Below are positions 40,047 to 49,507 of a DNA stretch of 64,000 nucleotides, piece after piece. The stretch comes from Candidatus Krumholzibacteriia bacterium. GTDB lineage: Bacteria > Krumholzibacteriota > Krumholzibacteriia > Krumholzibacteriales > Krumholzibacteriaceae. The notes beneath the pieces are model-generated. The model was not told the origin of the DNA. It did no database searches and saw only the letters and a program-made list of their open reading frames with translations. Made by a program: the position numbers and the translations under genes. Within the stretch, counting starts at the first letter, position 1. Every line of letters begins with the position of its first letter. Where the stretch lies: the NCBI GenBank assembly GCA_963836185.1, contig CAWIIQ010000001.1, positions 1,664,001-1,728,000 on the forward strand, given 5' to 3'.

Positions 40047-40862
40047 TCAGCAGGCGCCTTTCCCCGAAATGACGACATAGATCGTCTTGAAGAGGATCTT
40101 TATCTCCTGGACGATAGAGAGCCCGACGATATACTGCAGATCGTAATACAGCTTTCCCGTCATCTGCTCGACCGTCTCGGTATACCCGTCCTCGACCTGG
40201 GCAAGCCCCGTAATTCCGGGTTTTACCTTTAATCTCAGAGGAAATTCTGGCAGTTCCTGACGGACCTGGTTGATAAAGAAGGATCTTTCCGGCCTCGGAC
40301 CGACAATGCTCATATCTCCCCGGATCACATTGATGAACTGGGGAAGTTCATCGATCCGCGTACGCCGCAGCAGGTGGCCGATCCTCGTTATCCGCGGATC
40401 GCCCTTGCTTGAGAGAGTAGGTCCTGCTTTCTCCGCATCCATGCGCATGGTCCTGAGCTTGTAGATGTTGAACGGCTTGCCGGCATGGATCTTCTTCCGC
40501 CTGTCATTTTCCGCTCTCCTGTCGAGACCGTTATAACCTTGCGCTCTATCTCCCCTGCGGTCCGTTCCTCTCCTGTTCAGGCCTATCCTCTCCTGTTTGT
40601 AAAAGATCGAACCTGGCGATTCGAGCTTTATCAGGATTGTCGCGGCGAGGATGACCGGCGAAAGGAGCACCAGTGCGGCGCCGGCGAAAACGATATCGAA
40701 GATCCTCTTGATCCTGTCGAAGGTCGAGGGTATCACGACCTGTTCGTCACTGACGACATCACCTAGGTAGGCAATATCACTGACTAGAGGATCGATACTC
40801 GTCCTCGCCAGCGGGATCGCCGTGTCGAAGTTGCTGATCGCTGTTCTATTGAATACTACCAA
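40047..40862 (-). CDS. Priming sugar-phosphate transferase (WcaJ/EpsL-type catalytic domain) with Arg-rich insertion
   Basis: KRIFDI, KLRTM, DPRITRIG, DELPQ, GDMSIVGPRPE, KPGITGLAQV. Confidence 0.93.
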   Translation of the reverse strand: MVVFNRTAISNFDTAIPLARTSIDPLVSDIAYLGDVVSDEQVVIPSTFDRIKRIFDIVFAGAALVLLSPVILAATILIKLESPGSIFYKQERIGLNRRGTDRRGDRAQGYNGLDRRAENDRRKKIHAGKPFNIYKLRTMRMDAEKAGPTLSSKGDPRITRIGHLLRRTRIDELPQFINVIRGDMSIVGPRPERSFFINQVRQELPEFPLRLKVKPGITGLAQVEDGYTETVEQMTGKLYYDLQYIVGLSIVQEIKILFKTIYVVISGKGAC

Positions 40863-40925
40863 CTCAGACCTTTCGCACCTTGATGATTCGGATACACCTG
40901 TCCCAGATCGACGATTAATAAGGAT

Positions 40926-40941
40926 TGCAACTTCCGTACCC
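40926..40941 (-). promoter_or_regulatory. sigma54 (-24/-12) promoter
   Basis: Minus strand GGGTACGGAAGTTGCA. Confidence 0.65.
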
Positions 40942-41143
40942 CACCATCATAATTCCACACTCACATAGAAAACAGGTGAATACACACGCATAAGTCACTA
41001 CGTATACATCTGTTAGAAAACCGTTAGTTGTTGTGAGCAAATTGCCGGACAGACCCCACATCCCAAATCATAGGTAATAATACCCATATTTTTCAAGCGA
41101 GTTGTGGATTTTTCCGCAATTTTTGCCGCTTATCCTGGCCAGA

Positions 41144-42688
41144 TCATGGGGTTGCTGTCGTGACTTCGTTACTGCGTGAGTACTGCCCACCCATATCGTA
41201 GACCAGTACTCTATAGTAGTACGAATTCGCTCCGTTGTCAAGCCCCGTATCGTCGAACCATGTGATTTCCCTGTTAGTTAGGACGCTCACGAGCTGCGAC
41301 GTTTCTGTGACTCCGGGCGATGTATCCCTGTATATCCGGTACTCCGAGAAGTCTGAGTCCGGATTTATAGTCCATTCCAGAGTAAGCCTGTCCGAACCGA
41401 TGGATGAAGGATCGCTCAGCACGACCGGGACAGGCAGCGCATCGAATGTCGACGCTGCTATCTCGTTGCTCCCCGACGCCTCACCCAGGTCGTTCGTCAC
41501 GTATACCCTGTAGTAGTAGGTAACACCCTGGTCGAGGTCGGAATCTGGATAGGTGGTCTGGCTCTTGAAATCCAGGCCCTGGACAAAGAGGGCCGGGTCG
41601 TCAGTGACACCAGGCTGCGTATCCCTGAATATCGTGTAGGCAGCGAAGTCTGTTTCCTGTGATTCCTCCCACCGGATAGTTATCATGCTCGTCGTAGAAT
41701 CGATAGATCCTATAAGCAGAACAGGTTCAGGAGGATCGGTAAAAGAGATACGGTCGGACCATTCGAGGGGAACGGACTGGTTCCCCACACGATCCGTAAA
41801 ACTACCTACTACAATCAGATCAGTTCCCCTGAAGATAGAAGGGAACGTGTAATCAGCCTCGTAACTTCCGTCTCCGGCGACAGGATCCCCTCCCCTGCCG
41901 TCATCGAAGAGATCTATCGGTCCCGCATTGAGACCCTCTATCTCAACGGAGGCAATACCGCCTGATTCATTGCCCTCTACGTCCATCGCGAGGTGAATTG
42001 TCGATCCGACACTGTATGTGTGCGGTTCAGGCGTGATCGCGAGGTCCTCGATCGCTGAATATGTATCCAGTTCTATCGTCGCGCTTACTGGCGGAGACAG
42101 GGCTCCCGACTGATCCTGGAACGAAGCATAGACCGTCTTCGGCCCGTCACCCTCCGTGAGCATCCAAGTCCGCGCTTGAGAGTAAGCTTCCCAGACAGTG
42201 GATCCGAAATCAGGGACATCCGATATACGCATCACTGCTGTCGAAGCCGGAGCGGTCAGGGCCAGTTCGACTACCATCGAACCGGTATATTCCAGCCCTG
42301 CGTTTATAAGCATCGAGTAGACAGAGGGCATGGCAGGGGCAGGTTCAGACCGGGCGCTCTCAACGCCGGATGATCCTACGGAAGAGATCGAATAGAAGTA
42401 CTGGAGCCCGTTCGTTACGTTCTCATCCACAAAAAAGGTATCGACCGTCTCGATTATCCGCACCCAGGCTTCTCCCAGCGTACTGGACCTGTAGAGCCTG
42501 TAAGAGGCCGCTTCCTCGACAGACGGCCATGAGAGGGCGATCTGCCCGTCCCCGGTGATGGTCCTTATGTTGACGGGCGCCTGCAGGCCCTCATCCTCTA
42601 TTTCCAGCGGTACTTCCTCGATATCGTCGAGACAGGATGGCAGCAGAACTGCCGCAATGAGCAGTATGAATAACATCTTCTTGGTCAT
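41144..42688 (-). CDS. Fibronectin type III repeat lipoprotein
   Basis: Lipobox LPSC; three Fn3-like repeats (YRLYRS, YTIFRD, YRIYRD / YYYRV); DDGRGGDPVAGDGSY motif. Confidence 0.85.
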   Translation of the reverse strand: MTKKMLFILLIAAVLLPSCLDDIEEVPLEIEDEGLQAPVNIRTITGDGQIALSWPSVEEAASYRLYRSSTLGEAWVRIIETVDTFFVDENVTNGLQYFYSISSVGSSGVESARSEPAPAMPSVYSMLINAGLEYTGSMVVELALTAPASTAVMRISDVPDFGSTVWEAYSQARTWMLTEGDGPKTVYASFQDQSGALSPPVSATIELDTYSAIEDLAITPEPHTYSVGSTIHLAMDVEGNESGGIASVEIEGLNAGPIDLFDDGRGGDPVAGDGSYEADYTFPSIFRGTDLIVVGSFTDRVGNQSVPLEWSDRISFTDPPEPVLLIGSIDSTTSMITIRWEESQETDFAAYTIFRDTQPGVTDDPALFVQGLDFKSQTTYPDSDLDQGVTYYYRVYVTNDLGEASGSNEIAASTFDALPVPVVLSDPSSIGSDRLTLEWTINPDSDFSEYRIYRDTSPGVTETSQLVSVLTNREITWFDDTGLDNGANSYYYRVLVYDMGGQYSRSNEVTTATP

Positions 42689-42706
42689 CAGTCTTTCCTC
42701 CGCTTA

Positions 42707-43807
42707 TCAGAATCTGTATACGAAAGATGCATGGGTCGGACCCGCGTCAAAGGAGAGATCGGATGGCGGGGCATCTTCCTGCCCCGGTATAAAGGTATCG
42801 ATCACTCCCAGGGCCCATATTCCCGCCAGGACTCCAAAGGATACGTTCCTCCAGCCTCGCGTCTTGTCGACATCGGCCCAGTACTCAGAAGACCGGCTTT
42901 GATAATATTCCTTATCCTCTACTGTGTCGGCGTTGTCAAAATATTCCAGGTTTAACTCGTAGGCATCGACAGCTTGGTCGTAAGTGTTGAGGTAATCGAG
43001 CGCGACGAGAGCTGATACCGTCGATGCCAGGGAGAATAAAACGCCTCTGGAACTCTTACCCTGGTAGAACTGCCCCCTCCCGGGCCGCAGTAATGAGAGA
43101 ATGGCTGCCTTGGCTGTGCTCGCTCCTGATCCTGTTATCTCTACGACAGAGCCTCCGGCTGTGACCGTGGTCCTAGGTGGATTGCCGACTATCCAGGGAT
43201 CGATGAGCTGAAAGGCATACATATATCCCGTATATGCGAGACAGCGTTTTCTATGAGTATTCTGGACGTTGAGATCGCGAGACGCCTGATTGGCGTCGAT
43301 AACGATACTCTCCTTGTCCTCTATGTTATCGGCTGCATCCAGCTGTTCCATCAGGTTAGTGTACCTGTTCTCTATGTGCTGATATTCATGCTGTTCTCTC
43401 AGCGTCACCAGGCCCGCCATCACTATCGATGCGAGATCTGTCCAGCCTGCATGTTTTCTGCCGACGTGGATCGAGCCCCAGCCCGGCACGATATTTCGAG
43501 CGAAAGTACCGAGGCGGTTGCCCCTTACCGACGCCACACCGTTATCATCCAGCGACAGGTAACCCCTCCTTACTTCGTACCCACGCCCCCTCACCGTCAG
43601 ATGATATGTCAGGCCCGGTTCGAGTTCACAGATCGTCAGCGGGACCGTACCGCTCATCATGACACCTTTGCTCAGCTGCACGAGAAGGTCCCCGGAATCA
43701 CCCGAGAAGTGCAGGCAACTCTGTGCACCGGCCTGACCGGACAGCGCGACAAACCCTACAGTCACAATGATCAACAGTATCAATGATCTCTTCATCAGAA
43801 TCTCCAC
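42707..43807 (-). CDS. Exported protein with PEGA-like N-terminus and two PGxG(S/Q) hydrophobic repeats
   Basis: Signal peptide; GTVPLTICELEPG; PGWGSIHVG and PGRGQFYQG; C-terminal Phe. Confidence 0.6.
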   Translation of the reverse strand: MEILMKRSLILLIIVTVGFVALSGQAGAQSCLHFSGDSGDLLVQLSKGVMMSGTVPLTICELEPGLTYHLTVRGRGYEVRRGYLSLDDNGVASVRGNRLGTFARNIVPGWGSIHVGRKHAGWTDLASIVMAGLVTLREQHEYQHIENRYTNLMEQLDAADNIEDKESIVIDANQASRDLNVQNTHRKRCLAYTGYMYAFQLIDPWIVGNPPRTTVTAGGSVVEITGSGASTAKAAILSLLRPGRGQFYQGKSSRGVLFSLASTVSALVALDYLNTYDQAVDAYELNLEYFDNADTVEDKEYYQSRSSEYWADVDKTRGWRNVSFGVLAGIWALGVIDTFIPGQEDAPPSDLSFDAGPTHASFVYRF

Positions 43808-43813
43808 GCCCCT

Positions 43814-44530
43814 CTATTTCTCATCATCTTCAGTATATCCATAATACTTGTAGTCATAATAGTACGGCAGGACTTCCGAAAGGTTGTTTACTACAACTCC
43901 CAGAAGGTTTGCGTTGGCGTCGAGAAGAATGTTCTTCGCCCTCAACGAGACATTCCTGGGAGTCATCCCCGCGAGAAGCACCAGAACGACTCCATCGACG
44001 ACACTCGAAATCAGCATCGGATCGCTGACGGGGATTATCGGAGCGCTGTCCACTATCACTATATCGTAGTAGAATTTTATCTTCTCAAAGATCTCGGTCA
44101 TCACGTCGCCCTCGAAGAGGTGCGCCGGTGACTTGACCCTTCTTCCAGCCGGTATGACCTTGAGATTCTCGATCGGAGTGTCTTTCACGGCCTCCATCGG
44201 ATCGATCTCACCGGTCAGGCACTCATACAGCCCGGGCTCTTTCGGCACATCGAAGATCTGGTGAAGCCTCGGCCTCCTGAGGTCGGCGTCGACCACGAGA
44301 GATTTCTTCCCTCTGAATCTCGCCACGGTGATTGCCAGGTGGGAAGCGACTGTGCTCTTTCCCTCTCCCCTGTTGGCGCTCGTTACAAGAAAACTCCTCT
44401 TGGGGTTTCTCCCGTCGATATGCCTGATATTCGAATAGAGGCGTCTCATCTCCGTAGCAATGGGACTCTCCTGGTCGAAGATATCGTATATCGTCTGCCT
44501 CTCGTCCTTCTCCAAATTACTACCTTCCAA
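43814..44530 (-). CDS. CpsD/CapB-family bacterial tyrosine kinase
   Basis: GEGKST, VDADLRRP, IVDSAP, Tyr cluster YYYDYKYYGY. Confidence 0.94.
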   Translation of the reverse strand: MEGSNLEKDERQTIYDIFDQESPIATEMRRLYSNIRHIDGRNPKRSFLVTSANRGEGKSTVASHLAITVARFRGKKSLVVDADLRRPRLHQIFDVPKEPGLYECLTGEIDPMEAVKDTPIENLKVIPAGRRVKSPAHLFEGDVMTEIFEKIKFYYDIVIVDSAPIIPVSDPMLISSVVDGVVLVLLAGMTPRNVSLRAKNILLDANANLLGVVVNNLSEVLPYYYDYKYYGYTEDDEK

Positions 44531-46193
44531 GAAGATCCTCGCTCAGTTCTACCCCTATGCTGGATTCCTGCAGTGCCTTGGCGTATATAAACATGGCGCC
44601 TGAGATCATCGTGATGAAGAGCAACATGCCTATCGACCAGATCAGGATCATCCTTCCGCGTTTCCTTTTCTCCCACGCGAAGTGAGAGACCGTCTTCGGT
44701 ATCGTTCCAAGGACCGGGAGCTTCAGGATCTTCTGGACCTCATCGACTGTCCTGAACGAATCATCCATATATTCAGTGACTAGTATCGATCCGAAGCCGC
44801 AGATAAGCCCGAACATGGCTGCGATGAGGATGACCTTTATCTTGTCGGGTTTGACGGGCGAGATCGGCCTCTCCGCCTTCTCTATGATGCTGATCCTGAC
44901 ACCGAGATTGGTACTCTGTATCGCCTCGTTGATCTGTGCCGAAGTCTTGGATTCGAGGAAAGCATCATAGATCGCCTGGTTCGTCTCGACCTCATGCGTC
45001 AGCTTTCCCACCTCTCGCTCCAGCTGCGGCCTTCTGCTGATATTCTCCCTGTACTGCTCTATATAACCGTTCAGTTTTCTTTCGGTAGTGCGGAAAAAAT
45101 TCGCCTGTTTACGCTGGAAGAAATACTCTGTGATCAACGGTTTCACGTCATTGGAGAACTCGCCGTACTCGTCATGGACGATCGCCGCGATCCTGCTCCT
45201 CACTTCCTCCCACAACGCCTCATATGCGGTCAGATCGGTGACTCCTTCGTCGTTCCCGGCCAGTTCCTGGAGTATCCTCTCCTCTGTATCGGCCAGGATC
45301 TGACGTTCGAGGTTATTCAGGGTCTCATCGTTCGAGATGCGGTCAGTCGAGGGGATCATACCGAAAACGGTCGTCAATCTCTCTCTGACACGGTTCAGTC
45401 CCATTTCATTTCTACCGACCTGGGCACCGAGAGAATTGACTCTGGCTTCGGCCGCATGAACGTTTGTGCCGTTGATAGGATTTCTTCCGGCACTCGTCGT
45501 AGCGAGCTCTCTTCCGATCCTGTCGAGTTCTTTCTCCGAATCCTCGAGCTTTTCCTTGTAGATAGCGAGCTGTTCGTCACTGAACGCGCCCGCCTGTCGC
45601 AATCCCTGGAGCTTTGCCTGCTGTGTGACCTCGATATATTTGTCACTGATCTTTGACGCCAGGACATGGGCGGTTCCCGGGTCAGAATCCAGGACGCTGA
45701 TTGCGAAGAAACCGGGGAGAGTCGTCCTGACGCTGATCTTGTTCCGCAGGATCCTGACGAGACTTCTCAACGTGAGTTCTTCCCCGGAAAGCCCCTCGGG
45801 ATCAGAGTTTTCCTCGGAAGGTGTCCTCAGCTCATATGCCCTCTGAAGCCCGAGGTCCATTATGACTCCCTCAAGGAACTCCCGGCTCATCAATCTGGTC
45901 TCGATCATAGCCTGGAAGCGCCTGCTCCGGTCCTGCCGGCGGTCCTCCATGGGCGTCACGTACCTGCTCATTGTGCCGGCGAGAATATTCTGTTCTTCGG
46001 CTGAGACCAGGGTAGAGGATTCATAGATCGGCGTAAGTTCCCTTACTCCAAGGAATGCAATAGTGAGCGACAGTATGACAGGAACGAAGAGAAAGAACTT
46101 CTTCCTCCAGAATATCTTCCAGTAGGAATAAAGGTCTATCTTCTGCTCATCATCTTCAGGAACGAATTTACGGACATTCTCCAATTTGATCAC
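44520..46193 (-). CDS. Polysaccharide co-polymerase (Wzz/GumC-type)
   Basis: N- and C-terminal TM, coiled coil, AERPISPVKP, LKLPVLGTIP. Confidence 0.9.
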   Translation of the reverse strand: MIKLENVRKFVPEDDEQKIDLYSYWKIFWRKKFFLFVPVILSLTIAFLGVRELTPIYESSTLVSAEEQNILAGTMSRYVTPMEDRRQDRSRRFQAMIETRLMSREFLEGVIMDLGLQRAYELRTPSEENSDPEGLSGEELTLRSLVRILRNKISVRTTLPGFFAISVLDSDPGTAHVLASKISDKYIEVTQQAKLQGLRQAGAFSDEQLAIYKEKLEDSEKELDRIGRELATTSAGRNPINGTNVHAAEARVNSLGAQVGRNEMGLNRVRERLTTVFGMIPSTDRISNDETLNNLERQILADTEERILQELAGNDEGVTDLTAYEALWEEVRSRIAAIVHDEYGEFSNDVKPLITEYFFQRKQANFFRTTERKLNGYIEQYRENISRRPQLEREVGKLTHEVETNQAIYDAFLESKTSAQINEAIQSTNLGVRISIIEKAERPISPVKPDKIKVILIAAMFGLICGFGSILVTEYMDDSFRTVDEVQKILKLPVLGTIPKTVSHFAWEKRKRGRMILIWSIGMLLFITMISGAMFIYAKALQESSIGVELSEDLLGR

Positions 46194-47128
46194 CTGTTGA
46201 CTATAGCGTAGACTGCTCCATAAGCTGTAACCGCAGCGAGCCAGAAAGTCGGGCTCTTCAATACTGCTAACGCCGTGTTCTGTGCCGGAACGCTGACTGT
46301 ATCATCTGCAAGGATCAGCGGATTGTGCCTGATATCCCCTGTCTCCAGATAGCGTTTGAAGTCAAAAGTCATGGTCAGCTGGCCCCCGTCGGGCAGGGTC
46401 CTGATCACTTTGACCTTTTCCATCCTGGCGTTTTCGGCCCCTCCTCCAGCAGCAAGTATCGCGTCGACAAGGGTCTTATCGCCGGAAAGCATGTATGGCC
46501 CCGGCGTTCTTACAGCGCCGATCACTCGAATCGAACCCGTGGCGGCATGCATCGCCGTACTCTCGGATACGATCACGGCATCGCCCGGGTGGAGAACGGG
46601 AAGGTCGTCGAGATTTCCCGATTCTATCGCCGCCTGGAGATCGACAAGCATGGTTCGCTGCCCTTCTCCTTCAGCCCTGATGATCCTCACTGTCCCGAGT
46701 GCCGCGGTCGATGTCGCTCCTCCGGCCTCCCTGATAGCTTCCCATACGGTAGGATTCTTTTCGAAACCATACTTTCCGGGGGTCACGACCTGCCCATGGA
46801 CGTAGATTATCCTCCTCGATTCTTCACCTAGAAGATTGATCGAGATGGACTGGACGCTCGGATAGATATCCCTCAACGCTCTCAGCAGGACATCCTCCGC
46901 ATCATCGAGTGCCATGCCGCCGATCATGATCTCTCCGACGATCGGGATGGAAACACGACCGGCCTCGTCGATGATGAGTGTTCTGTCGAGTTCGGATCGC
47001 TGGGGGACTGACAGCTCTATCCTGTCACCGGGCCTTAGACTGACCTCCTGGGCCCGCAGGCTGAATGCCAGACAAAGCACGGCGAGTATGATCCCTGATT
47101 TCTTAAAGCCTTTCATCTTGCCTCTCAT
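46190..47128 (-). CDS. Polysaccharide export protein (Wza-like, SLBB domains)
   Basis: LRPGDRI, GRVSIPIVG, VHGQVVTPG, VIGAVRTPG. Confidence 0.9.
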   Translation of the reverse strand: MRGKMKGFKKSGIILAVLCLAFSLRAQEVSLRPGDRIELSVPQRSELDRTLIIDEAGRVSIPIVGEIMIGGMALDDAEDVLLRALRDIYPSVQSISINLLGEESRRIIYVHGQVVTPGKYGFEKNPTVWEAIREAGGATSTAALGTVRIIRAEGEGQRTMLVDLQAAIESGNLDDLPVLHPGDAVIVSESTAMHAATGSIRVIGAVRTPGPYMLSGDKTLVDAILAAGGGAENARMEKVKVIRTLPDGGQLTMTFDFKRYLETGDIRHNPLILADDTVSVPAQNTALAVLKSPTFWLAAVTAYGAVYAIVNR

Positions 47129-47183
47129 GTCGGCCTCTAAGGTATCCGCAGTCCTTCACGCAAGTAAAGAAAAAAGGGGAAGA

Positions 47184-48125
47184 TCAACGTGTTCCGGACT
47201 GTTTGTACCACTCGACCGTTCTCTTCAATCCCTCCTCGAAACCTGTCTCAACGGAGTAACCGAACAGTTTCTCCGCCATCGAAATATCCGCTTGTGAATG
47301 TTTTACATCACCCGGTCTCGGATCCTCATAGACCGGATCGATCGATACGCCTGTCAATTCACAGAGCATACCGTACAACTCGTTCAGCGTAAATCTTCCG
47401 CCGCAGGCGACATTTATGACCTGTCCTGCCGCTTCTCCCCATCTGGCCGCCATGATGTTCGCCTTGACGATATTTTCGACATATGTAAAATCCCTGCTCT
47501 GCTCCCCGTCTCCATAGATCGTGGGGCTCTTTCCCTCGAGCAGCTTTGTGACGAAGATCGGTATGACCGCCGCGTACTGCGAGGCCGGATCCTGCCTCGG
47601 GCCGAACACGTTAAAATAGCGTATGCTGACAGTCGGCATCCCGTATACCTTCGAATAGACAGAGCAGTAATGTTCTCCCACGAGTTTGCTTACCGCGTAA
47701 GGAGAAAGGGGGGCGGGCAACATGTCTTCCCTCTTGGGATGGACCTCACTGTCACCGTACGCCGATGAGGATGCCGCGTACACCAGGCCCTTGACTTTTG
47801 CCTGTCGCGACTCCTCGAGCACCGTCAGGGTACCGCCGACATTGACCTCGTTGACGAGAACAGGCTCTTCGATGCTCCGCGGAACCGACGCCAGCGCAGC
47901 CTGATGGAGGACGTAATCAACGCCGTCGAGCGCCGCTCTTACCTCGGATGCCTCCCTGATGTCGCCTTTTATAAATCTTATCCCCTGCCGGAAATGCTCT
48001 ATGTTCCCCTCGTGGCCCGTAGAAAGGTTGTCGAAGACAACTACTTCTTCCCCCATCTCCACGAGTTTCTCCGCGATGTTGGATCCGATGAACCCAGCCC
48101 CTCCGGTTACAAGATATCGAGCCAT
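47184..48125 (-). CDS. UDP-sugar 4-epimerase (WbpP/TviC-like SDR)
   Basis: TGGAGFIG, YAVSK, RYFNVFGPRQDP. Confidence 0.93.
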   Translation of the reverse strand: MARYLVTGGAGFIGSNIAEKLVEMGEEVVVFDNLSTGHEGNIEHFRQGIRFIKGDIREASEVRAALDGVDYVLHQAALASVPRSIEEPVLVNEVNVGGTLTVLEESRQAKVKGLVYAASSSAYGDSEVHPKREDMLPAPLSPYAVSKLVGEHYCSVYSKVYGMPTVSIRYFNVFGPRQDPASQYAAVIPIFVTKLLEGKSPTIYGDGEQSRDFTYVENIVKANIMAARWGEAAGQVINVACGGRFTLNELYGMLCELTGVSIDPVYEDPRPGDVKHSQADISMAEKLFGYSVETGFEEGLKRTVEWYKQSGTR

Positions 48126-48147
48126 GTATCCTCCGTTCCGGCGTATA

Positions 48148-49443
48148 TTACATTGTGACGATGCTGTCGGAGTCGAATTCCTTCAGCACGTTTCTGGCAT
48201 CGAAGATCATCGGACAGTTATCCACGAGCAGAGAGTAATCTACTTCGGTATGACCCGTCACGATGATGGCGCAGTCCATGCCTGCCACCGCGTCCGCGGA
48301 GTATTCCAGGTGCGTGGCCGACTCGCTCTCCTCTTCAAGAGCCTTGACGAATGGATCGTTCCAGTAAATTTCAGCGCCTTTCATATCGAGCAGGCGTATG
48401 ATGTCGTAGGCGGGAGATTCTCTCGTATCATCGATGTCCTTCTTGTACGAGACACCCATGATGAGGATCTTGGAACCGTTAAGGCATTTCTTCCTGTCGT
48501 TCAGCGCCTCAGATACTCTCACCACGACATACCCCGGCATGTCACCGTTGATCACTCCGGCGAGCTCGATGAACCTCGCATCGAATCCGCTCTGCTTTGC
48601 CTTCCAGGAGAGATAGAACGGATCGATAGGTATGCAGTGACCGCCCAGTCCCGGACCGGGATAGAACGGCATAAATCCGAACGGCTTTGTCGCCGCGGCA
48701 TCTATCACTTCCCAGACATTTATACCCATCCTGTTGCACATCATCGCGATCTCGTTCACCAGGCCGATGTTAACGCTTCTGAAAGTGTTCTCCAGCAGCT
48801 TGACCGTTTCCGCAACCCGTGTCGAGCTCACGGCAACCGGATTCATCCCCGCCGCGGAGTACAACATCGCCGCCAATTCGGTGCAGGCCGGCGTAACTCC
48901 GCCGACGACCTTGGGTATATTCTTTGTCGTGAATTTTTCGTTTCCGGGATCGACCCTCTCAGGAGAAAAAGCGAGGTAGAAATCTTTTCCCACCTTCAAC
49001 CCGGTCTCCTCGAGTATAGGCAGCATGACCTCTTCTGTCGTACCAGGATAAGTAGTGCTCTCGAGTATGATCAGCTGTCCCTCATGGAGATATTTTCTGA
49101 TCATTTTGAGCGCAGCCACTATGTAGGAGATATCAGGGTCCTTCGTCTTCCTCAGCGGCGTAGGAACTGCGATATTTATCGTATCGACTTCTGACAGCAC
49201 GGAAAAATCATCCGTGGCGCTGAGGATACCCGATCCTACCACCTCGGAAAGTTCATCCCCTGCGACATCGCCGATATAGCTCCTGCCGGCATTGACTTCC
49301 GTGATCTTCCTTCCGTCAATGTCGATCCCCACTGTTTTCAGGCCTGCCTTGGAAAACTCCACCGCGAGTGGAAGCCCTACATATCCCAGTCCGATAACGC
49401 ACTGCAGCCCTTTGTTTTCAGCTAGTTTTTCCCTTAGTCCCAA
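48148..49443 (-). CDS. UDP-N-acetylhexosamine 6-dehydrogenase (WbpA/WbpO-like)
   Basis: GLGYVGLP, ESTTYPGTT, SPERVDPGN, KLLENTFR, GGHCIPIDP. Confidence 0.93.
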   Translation of the reverse strand: MGLREKLAENKGLQCVIGLGYVGLPLAVEFSKAGLKTVGIDIDGRKITEVNAGRSYIGDVAGDELSEVVGSGILSATDDFSVLSEVDTINIAVPTPLRKTKDPDISYIVAALKMIRKYLHEGQLIILESTTYPGTTEEVMLPILEETGLKVGKDFYLAFSPERVDPGNEKFTTKNIPKVVGGVTPACTELAAMLYSAAGMNPVAVSSTRVAETVKLLENTFRSVNIGLVNEIAMMCNRMGINVWEVIDAAATKPFGFMPFYPGPGLGGHCIPIDPFYLSWKAKQSGFDARFIELAGVINGDMPGYVVVRVSEALNDRKKCLNGSKILIMGVSYKKDIDDTRESPAYDIIRLLDMKGAEIYWNDPFVKALEEESESATHLEYSADAVAGMDCAIIVTGHTEVDYSLLVDNCPMIFDARNVLKEFDSDSIVTM

Positions 49444-49475
49444 ACTCGTCCCCCTTTCAGGATACCGGAGTCCAG

Positions 49476-49502
49476 ATTATACCAATTATTCCCTGGCGTC
49501 AA
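49476..49502 (-). promoter_or_regulatory. sigma70 extended -10 promoter of the EPS operon
   Basis: Minus strand TTGACG-15 nt-TATAAT with TGn extension. Confidence 0.55.
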
Positions 49503-49507
49503 AGGTT

